Assembly (NCBI GenBank): GCA_963722385.1
Contig: CAVRKK010000002.1
Coordinates: forward strand, 1,204,487 to 1,268,486
Reading direction: 5' to 3'
Source: an uncultured bacterium
GTDB lineage: Bacteria; Babelota; Babeliae; Babelales; Babelaceae
Length of the DNA: 64,000 bases
The position numbers and the translations under genes were made by a program. The notes under the pieces were generated by a model, which saw nothing but the letters and a program-made list of their open reading frames with translations, was not told the DNA's origin and did not search any database. Below, in pieces: positions 60,920 to 64,000 of this stretch; the first letter of the stretch is position 1; the number at the start of each line of letters is the position of its first letter.

Positions 60920-61183
60920 TATAGCGCCCTTTTTATATTCGTGTTTTTATAATTATAAAAAATTCAATAAGCAATAGTCAATATTTGAGCGTCATAGCAA
61001 AGCTTAACTTCTCTATTCCTGAATGCGTCGCTTAAGTACCGACTAAAGTCGCGGATTTTCTGGCGCTTCCGGTTTTATGAATATTTTTTTTCTCTTAGCA
61101 TGATATACTGCCAACGTTAATTTATTGTAGTGATGATTTGTTTATAGCAAAAAAAACTCTGCATTGAAAATCAGTGAGCGCGG

Positions 61184-61837
61184 ATGATTGACCATGAATG
61201 GGATTTGACAGCTGCCAAGGCTATTGAGCTGCAGCGTCAGTTAGCGAAGCTTGTTATTCGTCATGACCAGTTTGACCAGGTGCATTTTGTTGCTGGCGTA
61301 GATATGGCCCTGCGTGCAGGCATGGCGCATGGTGCCGTCGTCCTCTTGAGCTATCCCGGACTTGAGGTAGTAGAAAAGCATACCCATACTGAGCCATTGC
61401 GCATGCCTTACATCCCGGGACTTCTCAGCTTTCGGGAAGCACCAAGTATAATAAAGGTATTTGATAAGTTGCACCAACGGCCTGACCTTGTGCTCGTCGA
61501 TGGGTCTGGTATTGCCCATCCTCGTCGGTTGGGCCTTGCTTCCCACCTGGGCTTATGGTGGGACGTGCCAACTATTGGTTGTGCTAAGTCGCTCTTGACT
61601 GGCTCCTATGACGAGCAAGCTCTTGGCGACCAGGCTGGGAGCTGGGTTCCACTTGTTGACAAGCAAGAAGTTATTGGTGCCGTTGTGCGCACGAGAACGC
61701 ACGTTAATCCTGTCTTTGTTTCATTGGGCCATCGTATTAGCTTGCTGACAAGTATCACGTACATACTTGCGTGTTGTCGAGGATTTCGCCTGCCAGAGCC
61801 CGTTCGTCAAGCAGATAAACTCTCTAAGATACGATAG
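61184..61837 (+). CDS. nfi: endonuclease V
   Basis: AGVD, PYIPGLLSFRE, VDGSGIAHPRRLGLASH, GCAKS, RLPEPVRQAD. Confidence 0.96.
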   Translation: MIDHEWDLTAAKAIELQRQLAKLVIRHDQFDQVHFVAGVDMALRAGMAHGAVVLLSYPGLEVVEKHTHTEPLRMPYIPGLLSFREAPSIIKVFDKLHQRPDLVLVDGSGIAHPRRLGLASHLGLWWDVPTIGCAKSLLTGSYDEQALGDQAGSWVPLVDKQEVIGAVVRTRTHVNPVFVSLGHRISLLTSITYILACCRGFRLPEPVRQADKLSKIR

Positions 61838-61932
61838 ATATGTCGCTGGCCAGATATACCCAGAATTTCCTTGCGCGCACGATTAAGGGTTTTATATTAT
61901 AAGCCCCAAGGGATCGCAAGGGGGATGGTACG

Positions 61933-62991
61933 ATGGTTGGCAAAGTGCTTGGCAAAGCGCTATCAGAGCTGCTTGTTTTAACGATTCTCATAGCTTTTTC
62001 ACCGATACATGCGAGCACGATCATGCTAGATTTGCCGCTCAAGCGGGCGCTCATCTCGGCACAGCCTGATCCGGCCGAGCAACGGCCTCATGCGTTTTCG
62101 TGGTGTCCATTCGGGCGCGTGATAAGCGTTAACGATGCATGGGGCAACCAAAAAGATGTTTTTGGCGGGTTGCTTCTGGACTATCGTTATCGCTTTGCTC
62201 AAAACTGGTGGTTAGATTTTGCAACCGCCCTAGCACATGAGCGAATAAACCCGAAATCAACTGAGCATGGTTTACCCGCTTTGAGTCGCTTTGGGTTTGA
62301 TGATATAACCATTCAGCTTGGTTACGATTTTCTTGGTGAAAGCGTTAACATTTTCAGCCCCTACCTCTTTGCAGCTTTGCCAACGATTCATGCTAATCCC
62401 GATGGCGTGCTGGTGAGTACGGGGAATGCGGTGTTTGGTCCTGGGTTTGATGCTTTCTGTGTTCTTTGGCAACATGATGAAAACAAGTTTCTTGGCGCTA
62501 TAATGAGCGCCCTTTTCGTGCACTCATTTAAGAGGACGGTAACACTGGATAAAAAATTTAAAATGATCAGCTCTTCTAATGCCAAGAGCTCAGCAGCGCG
62601 ATTTAACGATAGCTTTGATATAGGCAACGCGTTTTTTGGCCTATTGGGGCTGCGGTACGATTTTCCCTTTATTGGGTTAGAATTTGCCTATAACCCTAAC
62701 GTTATCTTTAGCGTTGAAGAGGAGCTTGAGGCACGTACGCGCCATCGCCAAGGCTTGAATTACCGTATTAGTCAAAAAAAGCGATCAAGCATGATGAGCC
62801 AGGTAACGACGCCGATACGCCTTTTTGACGGGAAACCTTTTGTAATTCATGCATTTTATGCGCAAGTACAAACGGTTGTTCATATTGGATGTTATGATTT
62901 AGCGATCATAGCGGGTGCCTCATATGGCGCTAGTCAACGAGGCATCTTAAAGCGGTGGACTGGGTGGGCCTCCATGTCATTGCGGTTTTAA
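61933..62991 (+). CDS. secreted hypothetical protein, possible beta-barrel outer membrane protein
   Basis: signal peptide, alternating aromatic strands, C-terminal Phe (WASMSLRF). Confidence 0.6.
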   Translation: MVGKVLGKALSELLVLTILIAFSPIHASTIMLDLPLKRALISAQPDPAEQRPHAFSWCPFGRVISVNDAWGNQKDVFGGLLLDYRYRFAQNWWLDFATALAHERINPKSTEHGLPALSRFGFDDITIQLGYDFLGESVNIFSPYLFAALPTIHANPDGVLVSTGNAVFGPGFDAFCVLWQHDENKFLGAIMSALFVHSFKRTVTLDKKFKMISSSNAKSSAARFNDSFDIGNAFFGLLGLRYDFPFIGLEFAYNPNVIFSVEEELEARTRHRQGLNYRISQKKRSSMMSQVTTPIRLFDGKPFVIHAFYAQVQTVVHIGCYDLAIIAGASYGASQRGILKRWTGWASMSLRF

Positions 62992-63161
62992 TACGCATAG
63001 GTTGACGTGAGATACTCTTTGGTTTATAGTTGTGGTAGTCATTTTTAAGTATATTTGTGCTCATTGGAATACTTATTACGATCCTCCTATAAGGCATGCG
63101 GCAATTCGCCGATGGTTCATTGTTTTTAAAAAATGCGATTTTTGTGCACTCGAGAGGTTAT

Positions 63162-63638
63162 ATGAATAATAAGCATAATTTATGTATTATAGCAATTGGT
63201 CTGGTAACATGCATGCAACTTCATACTGAAGTTCACACGCGCGATGGCAAGCTTACCCAAAGCGTAAAATGCGACAATTTGCCGGAACGGCAAAGAATTC
63301 GAAAGCCTGCCAAAGAATCTTCATGTGCGGTAGAATTGAGTTTTAATTGGGGAGATCCCGAAATTAAGCCTATAGCGACGCCGTTTAAACTTTTAGAAAA
63401 GCACAAAGGCGATGTTGCAGCTGCAGGCAAAGAATTAGCTATAAAAGGTAAGCGAAAAAGGGTAAAAAAGGCTTATGACAAGCTCTCTAAAAAGATGCAC
63501 GAGCTCGAGAAGTCTTTTAACGTTGTAGCAGAAGATGTTAACAGATCGATCAAGGCAATGATGGCGGAGCTGAAAAAGACAGCTTATACTCCACTTCTCA
63601 GTGAACGTATTGCCAACGATAACCGATATTGCGCATGA
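63162..63638 (+). CDS. secreted coiled-coil hypothetical protein (may continue as frameshifted fragments to the window end)
   Basis: GAGG RBS before ATG 63162, signal-like N-terminus. Confidence 0.55.
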   Translation: MNNKHNLCIIAIGLVTCMQLHTEVHTRDGKLTQSVKCDNLPERQRIRKPAKESSCAVELSFNWGDPEIKPIATPFKLLEKHKGDVAAAGKELAIKGKRKRVKKAYDKLSKKMHELEKSFNVVAEDVNRSIKAMMAELKKTAYTPLLSERIANDNRYCA

Positions 63639-64000
63639 CTCAGAAAAGCTGGTCGCCAAGCTTCAGAAATTACTCAAGCAGCTGATTGACGAAGTTGATG
63701 CCAACAAATCCCTTAAGGTGATGCTGCAAGGAGAGACGTGTGCTAAAAAATAGCTGGTATTTTCTCGGTCTCATGGCAATAATATCCTCATCACTTTTTT
63801 CAAGAGAAAGTGATGAGAAAACAAAGATAGATTTAAGCATCATTAACCCTGGTCCTCGTTTGTATGATTATTTTGCGCCGCAGGTTGATACAGCGTTAAT
63901 AGATATTAAACAGGCAATCTTGGAACACCAATTGCTTGTCGACGAAATAGTAAATAAGCATCACCTTTCCTCTAAACCAGCATGGAATGAGCTCATTAGT

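Overview
Bacterial window, genetic code 11. The gene content suggests a host-dependent lineage such as Candidatus Dependentiae/Babelota (TM6); this is inferred from the missing L30, the many signal-peptide hypotheticals, Sel1/ankyrin remnants and a degenerate sigma54-activator-like protein. 0.6-19.1 kb is the str-S10-spc-alpha ribosomal superoperon (rpsL to rplQ, including an unlisted rpmJ; rpmD and adk are absent from their usual positions). 19-37 kb holds mixed housekeeping and lineage-specific genes: three tandem secreted peptides, a GT4-like enzyme, SbcC, PBP2, a membrane bEBP-like regulator, Nth, an H1-like protein, PIN-PhoH, FkbM and a ~6-repeat helical protein. 37-60 kb is an accessory, mobile-element-rich region. 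It contains a 1.8k-aa CdiA-like polymorphic toxin whose tip resembles the EF-Tu-dependent tRNase of E. coli NC101, with a matching immunity gene. It also has IS5 and IS982 pseudo-elements, an AlbA_2/HATPase regulator bracketed by a repeated motif, a group IIC intron 3' relic, and a TnpA-less compact TnpB element with readable ends. A 217-bp protein-less IS200/IS605 mini-element retains an omega-RNA-like scaffold. The window ends with nfi and hypotheticals. All family assignments come from motif recognition and recall, not database searches.
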